From NCBI GenBank assembly GCA_023267045.1, contig JAHFOB010000004.1:1-56342 (forward strand): a stretch of 56,342 nt of DNA. The letters are read 5' to 3'. The notes under the pieces are model-generated. The model did not search any database. It saw only the letters and a program-made list of their open reading frames with translations, and was not told the DNA's origin. Source of the stretch: Candidatus Zambryskiibacteriota bacterium. Its GTDB lineage: Bacteria; Patescibacteriota; Minisyncoccia; Phycocordibacterales; DATDWN01. Below are positions 35,339 through 43,680 of this stretch, piece after piece; positions within the stretch are counted from its first letter, which is position 1, and each line of letters begins with the position of its first letter. A program made the position numbers and the translations under genes.

Positions 35339-36259
35339 TTAATTTTTATTGTGAAATCGCTTATGGATATCGCGGAGGTGTTTGTCAGTCACATGTGTAT
35401 AAATCTGCGTTGTGATTATGCTTGAGTGACCGAGCAGAGCTTGAACGGAACGAATATCAGCACCGTTTGAAAGTAAATCTGTAGCAAAAAGATGTCGCAT
35501 TGTGTGCGGAGTAACTTTTTTTGAAATGCCAGCTTTAACAGCATATTGTTTTACTATTCTTTCGATAGTTCTTTTTGTTAGATGACCGACTTCTTCTTTT
35601 TTGACTTCGTTTCCTGTGTGAACAAATAGAGCATCACTCATATCTTTGCGGGCAGATAAATAATTTCTTAAATGTTTTTTTGCTTCTTCAGAAAGAAAAA
35701 CTACGCGAACTTTGCCTCCTTTTCCTCGAATAGAAAATTCGTCAGATCTCAAATCTAAATCTCGAGTCAGAGAACAAAGCTCGGAGACACGAAGACCAGT
35801 TGAAAACAAAAGTTCTAGAATTGCTCTATCACGAAGAGATTTCAAGTCGGTGCCTTTGGGAGACTCCAGTAATCTTTTTAATTCAGTTTGAGTTATAAGA
35901 TCGAGAGATCTTTCATTTACTTTGGCTAACTCTATTCTTTCAGCTGGTAAAGTTTTTATTTCTTGTCGGGCAAGATATTTCAGAAAAGCTCGCAAAGCTA
36001 TCAAATAATAGTTCTGTGTTTTTTTTGAAAGTGTTTCACTTTTGTCTGTTTTATTGTTTCCTGTAAGTTTGCGGTTGAGCCAAAGTCGAAACTGACGAAT
36101 GGTCTCGGCATTAACATCAGATGGATTGTCTTGTTTTAAAAATTCTAAAAAAACAGAAAGATAGTGGTCATAGTTTTCAACAGTTTTGAGAGAGCGACCA
36201 CGTTCTATTTCAATATATTCTAGAAATTGAGTTTTGAGTTCCTTAAGTGACACCATCAA
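35339..36259 (-). CDS. Tyrosine site-specific recombinase, XerC/XerD-like
   Basis: An N-terminal SAM-like core-binding domain, plus the catalytic contexts RVSEL, HTMRHLFAT, LLGHSSIITTQIYTHV. Confidence 0.88.
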   Translation of the reverse strand: MMVSLKELKTQFLEYIEIERGRSLKTVENYDHYLSVFLEFLKQDNPSDVNAETIRQFRLWLNRKLTGNNKTDKSETLSKKTQNYYLIALRAFLKYLARQEIKTLPAERIELAKVNERSLDLITQTELKRLLESPKGTDLKSLRDRAILELLFSTGLRVSELCSLTRDLDLRSDEFSIRGKGGKVRVVFLSEEAKKHLRNYLSARKDMSDALFVHTGNEVKKEEVGHLTKRTIERIVKQYAVKAGISKKVTPHTMRHLFATDLLSNGADIRSVQALLGHSSIITTQIYTHVTDKHLRDIHKRFHNKN

Positions 36260-36349
36260 AAAATTATATCATTTTTTGAATAATATTGTGCGACATTAAG
36301 ATTTTACAAAAAGGTCGCTTCCCCGAAGAAATGGGAAGCGACCTTGGCT

Positions 36350-36472
36350 TCAGCGTAGGCGGTTCTGGTTCTCTCGACGCTTTTGTCGTAAAGCGAAGGA
36401 GAGCTCCAAACCAGCCTTAACCCCCAAAAGAACCACAACGAACTGGAAGAAAACTAGAAACTGTTCCTGCAT
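36350..36472 (-). CDS. GC-rich 40-aa membrane peptide candidate
   Basis: Own translation: MQEQFLVFFQFVVVLLGVKAGLELSFALRQKRRENQNRLR. SD gagaggt lies upstream. The terminator is aaggtcgcttccc...gggaagcgacctt (36311-36345). Confidence 0.35.
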   Translation of the reverse strand: MQEQFLVFFQFVVVLLGVKAGLELSFALRQKRRENQNRLR

Positions 36473-36561
36473 GGTTACCTCTCTTCTAGTGTTATATCAT
36501 AGAAAATTACTTGTGGAAATAATTCAGGCCACCTATCGAATTGCAATAGGTGGCCTGAGAG

Positions 36562-36786
36562 CTACGACGCGCGGCGACGAAGAGCTTCGTCCATGTACTC
36601 CTCGGCCTCTTTCTTCTGACCGAGTTGCCAGAGATAGCCGGCGTGACTGAGAATCGCGCTGTCCGTCTCCGGACGCGACCAATAATCCCGACGACTTGTA
36701 CCCTGCCAGACCAATCGAGCGCCATTGGCCCAGGAGCTCTGAACAACAACTGTCCCGACCCCACGAACTTGTGAAAACTGTGGCAT
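36562..36786 (-). CDS. GC-rich 74-aa hypothetical protein
   Basis: GGAGGT lies 5 nt before ATG 36786 (MPQFSQVRGVG...YLWQLGQKKEAEEYMDEALRRRAS). A hairpin terminator aggccacctat...ataggtggcct follows. Two other overlapping frames in the track are taken as GC artefacts. Confidence 0.45.
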   Translation of the reverse strand: MPQFSQVRGVGTVVVQSSWANGARLVWQGTSRRDYWSRPETDSAILSHAGYLWQLGQKKEAEEYMDEALRRRAS

Positions 36787-36803
36787 AGCCACCTCCGATG
36801 TAT

Positions 36804-36832
36804 ATGATACCATATGTAAGATTAGCTGTCAA
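36804..36832 (-). promoter_or_regulatory. Promoter TTGACA-17-TATCAT
   Basis: The rc reads cTTGACAgctaatcttacatatggTATCAT. The -35-proximal part (ttgacagcta) matches the promoters at 11.7 kb and 20.1 kb. Confidence 0.6.
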
Positions 36833-36965
36833 GTGCTTTTCTAGCTAAAATAGGCTTTAAAAAAATGCCTAAAAAGGCTTGCAAAGTAAAGGGTTTTGTG
36901 ATATCCTGATAAGAATCATAACGAATGAGATCGGATATACGAATAAATTCTTAAAATTATAAACA

Positions 36966-37232
36966 ATGCTTACGAAGACAAAGAAATCAAAAATAATGAA
37001 AGATGTCCAGACACATGAGAAGGACACTGGTTCTCCTGAAGTTCAGATCGCTATTTTGACTAAGAGAATAGACGAGCTAGCCTCACATTTGAAGAAAAAT
37101 GCAAAAGATAACCATTCAAGACGCGGGCTTTTGCAAATGGTTGCCACAAGAAAGACTCACATGAAGTATTTGGAAAAGAAAAGTCCAAGACGTTTTAATG
37201 CTCTCAACAAGAAACTTGGTTTGAAGAAATAA
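36966..37232 (+). CDS. rpsO: 30S ribosomal protein S15
   Basis: 88 aa with TGSPEVQIAILTKRI..L..HLK.N.KD.HSRRGLL. Confidence 0.95.
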   Translation: MLTKTKKSKIMKDVQTHEKDTGSPEVQIAILTKRIDELASHLKKNAKDNHSRRGLLQMVATRKTHMKYLEKKSPRRFNALNKKLGLKK

Positions 37233-37239
37233 GAACCAC

Positions 37240-37441
37240 AAAATCTCGTTGAGTCATATTTTCGCAAAATCTCTTTCTCCCTGTATCTCTCGAAGAGACC
37301 GTTCACTCCGCCAGCGCTTCGTTTACTTAATTCTCGACCTTGATTTGTCAATTTAACCCTTCACTTCGTTCAGGATCAATTGACAAAACCATGCTCAAGG
37401 TCTGCGAGGTCTCTTCTCGAGACACAGCTCGACGAGATTTT
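37240..37441. repeat. Long hairpin element, family 1a, copy C (with an extra partial left arm)
   Basis: It shares gaccgttcactccgccagcgcttcgtttacttaattctcgacc and tctgcgaggtctc with copy A. The outer ends are aaaatctc...gagatttt. Confidence 0.8.
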
Positions 37442-37537
37442 GCTACATTATCTTTTTACTTTATCATTTAGTATAATTAGAAAAGGTAGATTTTTTATAA
37501 ATTGAATTTCTTAATATTTAAATAATTTTTATATAAT

Positions 37538-38095
37538 ATGAGTGTAATTAAACACAAAAATCAAAGGGTTGGGATCTTTATTGATACCCAAAACTTGTAT
37601 CATTGCGCCAAAAATATTTATGGCGCAAAAGTAAATTTCGGCCAAGTAGTCAAAGATGGTTTGGCGGGAAGATCGCTCACCAGAGCTGTGGCCTATGTCA
37701 CTACAACAGAATCAGGGGAGGAAAAAAACTTCTTTGAAGCTCTGGGAAAAATGGGAATCGAGACTAAAACTAAAAACCTCCAAATTTTCTCTGGAGGTGC
37801 AAAAAAGGCAAATTGGGATATAGATTTGGCGATTGATGCTATTAAACTTGCTCCGAAACTCGACGCTGTAATATTGGTCACAGGAGATGGAGACTTTGTA
37901 TCACTTGTTGAATATTTGCAAAATGTGGGGTGCCAAGTTGAAGTGATTTGTTTTGGTAAAGCAACATCAGCAAAACTAATAGAAGCCAGCGACGACTTTA
38001 TTGATCTAGATGAAAACCCACGAAAATATTTACTCGGCTTTAGGGGAGAGGGAAATCGTCGTGGACCAAGACCTGCCCAGAAAGAAGAGGAGTAA
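37538..38095 (+). CDS. NYN-domain / LabA-like protein, paralog 3
   Basis: VGIFIDTQNLY and ILVTGDGDFVSLV; 185 aa. Confidence 0.8.
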   Translation: MSVIKHKNQRVGIFIDTQNLYHCAKNIYGAKVNFGQVVKDGLAGRSLTRAVAYVTTTESGEEKNFFEALGKMGIETKTKNLQIFSGGAKKANWDIDLAIDAIKLAPKLDAVILVTGDGDFVSLVEYLQNVGCQVEVICFGKATSAKLIEASDDFIDLDENPRKYLLGFRGEGNRRGPRPAQKEEE

Positions 38096-38163
38096 AAATT
38101 TACAAAAACCGCCAAGAGGCGGTTTTTGCTTGACTCTAAAAATGTTGGGTATAAAATAATAAG

Positions 38164-38376
38164 GTCCTGTCGGAAGCAATGCGAGTCGATAGCTTACCAG
38201 GCGGTAAGCGTCGAAAACAGAACACCTGAAAGGGCAGTGGGGGAACTTCCGCGTGCTGATCACCCACCCCCACTGTCCCGATCGGGTTAGTTCTTTAGAA
38301 AATTCTGGTGATTCCATTACAATTCGCTCTGCGAGCGAACAACCGATTCTCATTTTTTGGGAATTCGGTTTTTTAT
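38164..38376 (+). ncRNA. Candidate GC-rich structured RNA (R3), strand uncertain, family unknown
   Basis: Plus-strand TTGACT(38130-38135)-16-TAAAAT. Hairpins: tcgatagcttacc/ggtaagcgtcga, gggcagtggggg/cccccactgtccc and ttcgctc/gagcgaa. The terminator hairpin aaccgattc...gaattcggtt is followed by TTTTT (38341-38375). Confidence 0.3.
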
Positions 38377-38408
38377 TTAGCAAAACTTTGTTACAATTAG
38401 TCTAAATG

Positions 38409-38537
38409 CCCCGTAGTAGAAGTTGGCATTGCAAAGTGTACTTTGCTAGAAAACCAAATGCCAACTTCACTACAGGGCTTAGCCCTGTAGTGAGCTAGGC
38501 TCTACTACCACGGGCTATCCCGTAGTGAAAATGACAT
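38409..38537. repeat. Composite of family 2 palindromes: 69-nt long form, nested 32-nt short form, then the arm atcccgtagtgaaaatgacat
   Basis: 38409-38477 matches 51608-51676 with only 3 substitutions. 38483-38514 is a short form absent from the 51.6-kb copy. Confidence 0.85.
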
Positions 38538-38620
38538 TTGAAATAAAATTATGTATATAAATATAAAATGGTCGATATTAGTGATGAATAATAAAGAAAA
38601 AATGGCCAGCTCTTTGAGCT

Positions 38621-39505
38621 ATGTCATTTTCTACTAACGGAATGCCCCCTGAACAAAAAGATCCTAGAATTCCTATAAAATCTCTTCGAACATACCAGGG
38701 AGATGTGGAAGAAGCGCTACACAAAAACAATCTTGGCACTACAAATATATTTGTTGCTGAACAAAAAAGAAAAGAGAAAGAACCTGTTGATCTAAAACAG
38801 CAAGAAGTAAAAACTGAAAATAGAAATAAATTTTTTGTGACTATCGGTATTTCTCTATTTATACTTGGGATAATCGCCGTTGGTGGTGTTTACTATTTAA
38901 AAAATAAAGAACAGGTTGTGGTTATCCAGAAAACCAAAGCCCTGATTAGTTTTTCGCAAGAAAAGGATTTTGTGATTGAAAATTCTACCCGAGCAAAACT
39001 TTCATCTGAAATATTGTCGGAAAATAAATCTTTCAAATTGCCACCGAATTCTGTTCTGTATATAAACACCACAACAGCAAAAGGCGATAAAGCTGATGTC
39101 TCGAGTGTTCTCACCACACTTGCACCAGCTATGCCGGCTTCACTTGAGCGAGCTTTTGAAGGCGAGTACATGATAGGAGTGTATTCTTTTGATAAAAACT
39201 CACCGTTTATTATTCTTTCTACAAAAGATTTTGGCAGTAGTTGGAGTGGAATGCTCAAATGGGAAAAAGATATTGTTAGTGATTTAGGAAAAATATTTGA
39301 AGTTCCAGAAGACAGCTCAACTGTAAGCGGAGTCTGGGCTGATAAAGCTTTGAAAAATAAGGATTTGCGAATTTTGAAAGATAGTAACAAGAACACGGTT
39401 CTATTGTATTCGTTTATAGATAAAAACACTTTGGTCATAACAAGAAATGAGGCTATTTTCAGTGCTGTTTTGGGTAAATATGTAATAAGTCAGCAGGAAA
39501 GATAA
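38621..39505 (+). CDS. Membrane-anchored hypothetical protein
   Basis: 294 aa with one TM segment (FFVTIGISLFILGIIAVGGVYYL). The start is ambiguous between ATG 38621 and ATG 38642, because the first 21 nt form a hairpin arm. Confidence 0.6.
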   Translation: MSFSTNGMPPEQKDPRIPIKSLRTYQGDVEEALHKNNLGTTNIFVAEQKRKEKEPVDLKQQEVKTENRNKFFVTIGISLFILGIIAVGGVYYLKNKEQVVVIQKTKALISFSQEKDFVIENSTRAKLSSEILSENKSFKLPPNSVLYINTTTAKGDKADVSSVLTTLAPAMPASLERAFEGEYMIGVYSFDKNSPFIILSTKDFGSSWSGMLKWEKDIVSDLGKIFEVPEDSSTVSGVWADKALKNKDLRILKDSNKNTVLLYSFIDKNTLVITRNEAIFSAVLGKYVISQQER

Positions 39506-39507
39506 AC

Positions 39508-39572
39508 CCGCACACTAACTCTGTTATGGCGCTAAAGCGCGTGATGAAATCAATAACAGAGTTAGTGTGCGG
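39508..39572. terminator. Perfect 20-bp-stem hairpin
   Basis: ccgcacactaactctgttat pairs with ataacagagttagtgtgcgg. The loop contains the mini-hairpin gcgctaaagcgc. Confidence 0.7.
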
Positions 39573-39612
39573 ATAAATTTGCCTAAATAAGACAGTTTGC
39601 TACAATGCAGGA

Positions 39613-39975
39613 ATGACAGTAGACACCAAAAAATTTGAGAAAATCCTGAAGGGGGAGATGACTAAACTCGAGAGTGAACTGACTACGGTTGGCCGAAAAA
39701 ACCCTGACCAAACATCTGACTGGGAAGCGACGGAGGGAAATGTGGTCACAGACACTGCAGAAGAAGGTGATGTGGCAGAGGGAATCGAAGAATATGAAAA
39801 AAACAGCGCTGTTTTAGGACAACTTGAAGCTAGACTAAATGAAGTTAAGTCGGCACTACAAAAAATAGAAAAAGGAAATTATGGTGTTTGTGAAATCGGT
39901 GGAGAAAAAATAGAAGAGGATAGACTAGAAGCCAACCCGGCAGCGAAAACTTGCAAGAAACACATGAACTCCTAA
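39613..39975 (+). CDS. DksA/TraR-like protein with a degenerate zinc finger
   Basis: A coiled-coil N-terminus. The C-terminal GVCEIGGEKIEEDRLEANPAAKTCKKH lacks two of the four Cys residues. Confidence 0.65.
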   Translation: MTVDTKKFEKILKGEMTKLESELTTVGRKNPDQTSDWEATEGNVVTDTAEEGDVAEGIEEYEKNSAVLGQLEARLNEVKSALQKIEKGNYGVCEIGGEKIEEDRLEANPAAKTCKKHMNS

Positions 39976-39979
39976 AAAT

Positions 39980-41557
39980 ATGGCGGTTTCAAAAATATAT
40001 TCTGCACAGGCGACACTACTTAACGCTCAAATAATAGATATTGAGGTGGATCTCTCTAAAGGGCTCCACTCTTTTTCTATCGTAGGTCTAGCGGACAAAT
40101 CGGTTGATGAATCAAAAGATAGAGTGAGCGCGGCCATAAAAAATTCTGGTTGGAAATCGCCGAAAAATAAAAATCAGAAAGTGGTAGTCTCTCTCGCCCC
40201 AGCAGATGTCAAAAAAGAAGGACCATTGTTTGATTTACCAATAGCACTGGCTTATCTCATCGCTTCAGAAAATATTAAAGCTGAAACAGAAAAAAGATTA
40301 TTTATTGGAGAATTGTCACTCGACGGAAAACTCCGACCTATAAAAGGAGCCCTGCCTATCACTCAAAAAGCTAAAAAGGAAGGTTTTAGGGAAATATTTT
40401 TACCAAAGGAAAATGCAGGGGAGGCTTCTGTAATTTCTGGCATCAAGATTTATGGTGCTGAAAATTTGCTAGAAGTTGTGAACCATATAAACACAAAAGA
40501 GCTGAGTGGGGAAGAAAAAGAAAGTGGTGGGTTGGAGAAGAAAGAAATTCCTGTTTATATTAACAAAAAGAAAAAAATTAAAAATCGAGAAGTTGAAATC
40601 GATTTTGCTGATATAAAAGGTCAGGAATCGGCAAAAAGGGGGTTGGAAATCGCCGCTGCTGGTGGACACAACATAATCATGTACGGACCACCAGGAACTG
40701 GAAAAACTATGCTGGCCAGAGCGTTTACACATCTACTCCCAGGACTTTCTTTTGACGATATGCTTGAAGTTACTTCTATTTATTCTATTGGGGGAATGCT
40801 TGGCACAGGACTTATTGAACATCCACCATTTCGCTCACCACATCACACAGCATCATACGTTTCACTGGTTGGTGGTGGAGCAAATTTAAAACCTGGGGAA
40901 ATTACTCTGGCTCACAAAGGTGTTTTATTTTTGGATGAATTTCCAGAGTTTGATAAAAAAGTTTTAGAGAGTTTGAGACAGCCACTGGAAGACAGGGAAG
41001 TGACAGTCTCACGAGCAAAAGGTTCTGTAAAATATCCAGCTCATTTTATTTTGGTTGCCACAATGAATCCGTGTCCGTGTGGAAATTATGGAGTGAAAGG
41101 TAAAGACTGTGTTTGTTCTGCACAAGCAATAGAAAGATATAAAAGAAAATTGTCTGGACCGATTGTTGATCGCATAGACTTGTGGGTAGAAGTTTCAAAA
41201 GTTGAACATGAGAAACTAACTGACGCTCGTGAAATGCATGAAGGGACGACCAAAATGAAACCTCGTGTGGAAAACGCTCGAAAAATACAAGAAAAAAGAT
41301 ATGCAAAAGCAAAACTGAAAATAAAAACGAATGCAGAGTTGACAGCAAAAGATTTAGTCAAACAAATAAAACTTTCGGACAAAGTCAAAGAAACTTTGAA
41401 TCGCTCGGCAAAACAGCTCGACCTTTCGGCACGTTCATATCACCGAATCATCAAACTAGCACGAACAATTGCCGATATGGAAGGAAGTGAGGATATTTCC
41501 GAAAACCATATTTTAGAAGCACTGCAATACAGACCTAAGAAGTACCAGTCACTGTAA
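39980..41557 (+). CDS. YifB/ComM-family Mg-chelatase-like AAA+ ATPase
   Basis: A Lon-like N-terminal domain, Walker A GPPGTGKTM, VLFLDEFPEF and a C-terminal ChlI region. Confidence 0.9.
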   Translation: MAVSKIYSAQATLLNAQIIDIEVDLSKGLHSFSIVGLADKSVDESKDRVSAAIKNSGWKSPKNKNQKVVVSLAPADVKKEGPLFDLPIALAYLIASENIKAETEKRLFIGELSLDGKLRPIKGALPITQKAKKEGFREIFLPKENAGEASVISGIKIYGAENLLEVVNHINTKELSGEEKESGGLEKKEIPVYINKKKKIKNREVEIDFADIKGQESAKRGLEIAAAGGHNIIMYGPPGTGKTMLARAFTHLLPGLSFDDMLEVTSIYSIGGMLGTGLIEHPPFRSPHHTASYVSLVGGGANLKPGEITLAHKGVLFLDEFPEFDKKVLESLRQPLEDREVTVSRAKGSVKYPAHFILVATMNPCPCGNYGVKGKDCVCSAQAIERYKRKLSGPIVDRIDLWVEVSKVEHEKLTDAREMHEGTTKMKPRVENARKIQEKRYAKAKLKIKTNAELTAKDLVKQIKLSDKVKETLNRSAKQLDLSARSYHRIIKLARTIADMEGSEDISENHILEALQYRPKKYQSL

Positions 41558-41729
41558 AAAATCTCTTTCTCACCACAACCTTTTCAGAGACACAAACTTT
41601 TCCAGCCAAAAGTTTGTTCTAGTCCTCGGTCGCAACTTGTCAATCTAACTCGCTTTGCTCGTCGTTTGACAAGTCCATGCTTGCGACCTGCGGGTGCTCT
41701 GAAAAGGTTTTGGTTCGATGAGATTTTTT
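41556..41729. repeat. Long hairpin element, family 1a-like, copy D
   Basis: The outer arms are aaaaaatctctttctcaccacaaccttttcagag / ctctgaaaaggttttggttcgatgagatttttt. The inner ttgtcaat...ttgacaag..ccatgct..ctgcg is homologous to copy C. Confidence 0.8.
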
Positions 41730-41736
41730 ACAAAAT

Positions 41737-41895
41737 CTATTTTGCTCTAATATAAATAGCCAATTCGTAAAAAATTACTACCACCCCAAAACCAAAAAGT
41801 AAATTTCCAAAGACACCTCCTGACGTGATACCGTCATTAACTGCAATCAAAGCTAATAATGTTGTAACCAAAATATCTGAATGTTTATTTTTCAT
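41737..41895 (-). CDS. 52-aa membrane peptide candidate (below the track cutoff)
   Basis: Own translation: MKNKHSDILVTTLLALIAVNDGITSGGVFGNLLFGFGVVVIFYELAIYIRAK. Confidence 0.35.
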   Translation of the reverse strand: MKNKHSDILVTTLLALIAVNDGITSGGVFGNLLFGFGVVVIFYELAIYIRAK

Positions 41896-41956
41896 ACTTT
41901 AATTGTATCATCTTTGGAAGATTTGCAATATAGACTGAAGAAGTGCCAGAGTTTTT

Positions 41957-42081
41957 AAAAAATCTCTTTCTCACCAATACTTTTCTGTCGCCGGAATAAT
42001 TTCGTGCTCGAAATTTTCCTCGCACTCGCCTCTACACGGGCTCCGTGATGCGCCATAAAAGTATTGGTTCGACGAGATTTT
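41957..42081. repeat. Long hairpin element, family 1b, copy E
   Basis: The arms are aaaaatctctttctcaccaatacttttc / aaaagtattggttcgacgagatttt. The core is ggaataatttcgtgctcgaaattttcctcgcactcgcctctacacgggctccgtgatgcg. Confidence 0.8.
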
Positions 42082-42229
42082 GTAAAAGAAAAGCTGTTTG
42101 AAACTAGCTCAGAGGATTTTTGTCTGAGTTTGAGGCGCGAATGAGTATCGTGACCAAGGTGTAGTAAACCTACTCCGCGGGAACGAACGGAATGAGCAAC
42201 GAAAAAATCGGACAAAAAGACCGCAAATA

Positions 42230-43231
42230 CTAGAATGGGTTGCGTGCTCCGCGGATTTCAAAATGGAGGTGTATGCCAGTATGCCCCGTAACCTGTCCGC
42301 TATTACCCATTTTTCCTATAACTTGGCCTTGTGTAACGTGATCACCAACATTTACAAGAGTTGCGCTCAAGTGGCCATACAAAGTCTGTGTACCATTTCC
42401 GTGTCTTAATACGATATAGTCACCATAACCACCATTCCAACCAGAATCTTTTGAAATAATGACATCACCATCAGCTGAAGCTAGAATATTTGCTCCGTAG
42501 CTTGAGGCTAAATCCACACCGTTATGACCATGAATACCCTGGGTTTTTATACCACCGATAATTGGTCGCATATAGTAACCTTCATAAACCGGATATGATG
42601 GCGCTGGTCTACCTACACCAGATGAAGTTCCGCTTGTAGCTGCTGCTTCACCGTCAGGAATAATAATAACGTCACCAATAGATAATTTAGAATCTTTTGT
42701 CAGGTTGTTGTATTGCAAAATTTCGTTTAAGTCACCTTTGTGGAGCTTAGCGATACTTTGGAGAGTATCTCCAGATTTAACGATATGTTGAATGCCAGAA
42801 ATAGGCAGAATGACCAAGGTTTGGCCAATAGAAAGTGTGTCATTTTTCAAGTCATTGCCCCAACGAATAGTATTTACTGAAACGCCAAACATTTTGGCGA
42901 TAGCTGGCAGAGTATCGCCCTTGTGAACAACATACAAACTGATTTGGTCATCATCTGCAGTTTTAACTTCTGGCGTGCCGGTAATAACGGAAATAGAAGT
43001 ACCGCCAATTATAGAAATGTTGTCTTTAGTTGATGATGAATTTGGATCGGGGGAAATAGTAGCTTGTAACAAAGGCATATTTTGAGAGTTTGTGTCAGGA
43101 AGGGTGTCTTCTTCTGCTGAAACACTCCCACCAGAAAACAGACTTGCTATATATGAAAAAACGCTCGCTTCGGCCTGAAAAGGGAAGAGTATTGTGATGA
43201 GGAGAATAGGGCTTAGAACCAAATTCACCAT
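42230..43231 (-). CDS. LysM-domain M23-family peptidoglycan metalloendopeptidase
   Basis: Two LysM repeats (YVVHKGDTLPAIAKMFGVSV..., HIVKSGDTLQSIAKLH...) and M23 motifs HNGVDLA and HLHFEI. Start options are ATG 43231 and GTG 43261. Confidence 0.88.
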   Translation of the reverse strand: MVNLVLSPILLITILFPFQAEASVFSYIASLFSGGSVSAEEDTLPDTNSQNMPLLQATISPDPNSSSTKDNISIIGGTSISVITGTPEVKTADDDQISLYVVHKGDTLPAIAKMFGVSVNTIRWGNDLKNDTLSIGQTLVILPISGIQHIVKSGDTLQSIAKLHKGDLNEILQYNNLTKDSKLSIGDVIIIPDGEAAATSGTSSGVGRPAPSYPVYEGYYMRPIIGGIKTQGIHGHNGVDLASSYGANILASADGDVIISKDSGWNGGYGDYIVLRHGNGTQTLYGHLSATLVNVGDHVTQGQVIGKMGNSGQVTGHTGIHLHFEIRGARNPF

Positions 43232-43571
43232 TATGTTCACCGCATTAACGCCAGATCCCACCTTTCGAAATTTCGCTATAAGCGCTCGAATTGTGCTTTT
43301 AAGACCTGATTTTGATTGCGGATCCTGTAGTAAACCTAAAATAAGCTAAAATTAAAATACATTCTGACTATCTGCAATAAAATATGGCTCTGTACAGCCA
43401 TATTTTATATATTCATTTCAGTACCATTACATTATATAGTCTTACATTTTTGGGTCAATAGAAGTTACACACAGACCATAGCATAGTTATAAAGTCCATA
43501 AAGTTTATAAAGTTATAAAGTTTTGACTTTTTTAAGTCAGAAATTATTTTAATGTTATACTTTCACAGTGA

Positions 43572-43680
43572 ATCCCGTTAGAAATAACGGAAACTAGTAC
43601 GTATGAAAATAGAATTATTACAAAATAATCGCTCTAGGGTCTTCGGAATCAAAACTGAAGTTTCCTATTTCTAACGGGAT
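43572..43680. repeat. Hairpin atcccgttagaaataacggaaact...agtttcctatttctaacgggat that embeds the pcrA start codon
   Basis: The right arm ends in cgggATg (ATG at 43679). The terminal motif is the same as at 7525-7642. Confidence 0.7.

Noticed and set aside
35339-36832. Integron-like interpretation (tyrosine recombinase next to small GC-rich cassettes with hairpins; GTTAGAA/TTCTAAC motifs resembling attC core sites)
   Set aside because: The recombinase looks like an ordinary XerC/D protein and is co-oriented with the cassettes, not divergent. The GTTAGA...TCTAAC hairpins have the core sites in the opposite order to attC (RYYYAAC...GTTRRRY), and they occur elsewhere (7.6 kb, 43.6 kb), not at cassette boundaries.
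41955-42215. 86-aa minus-strand ORF
   Set aside because: It lies entirely within the family 1b hairpin element and the repeat-rich 3' region of the M23 peptidase gene.
43486-43524. CRISPR array, considered because of the periodic ATAAAGTT words (also 55564-55662 and 56312-56342)
   Set aside because: The units are only 8-10 nt with no unique spacers, and no cas genes are present. These are simple word repeats or hairpin arms.
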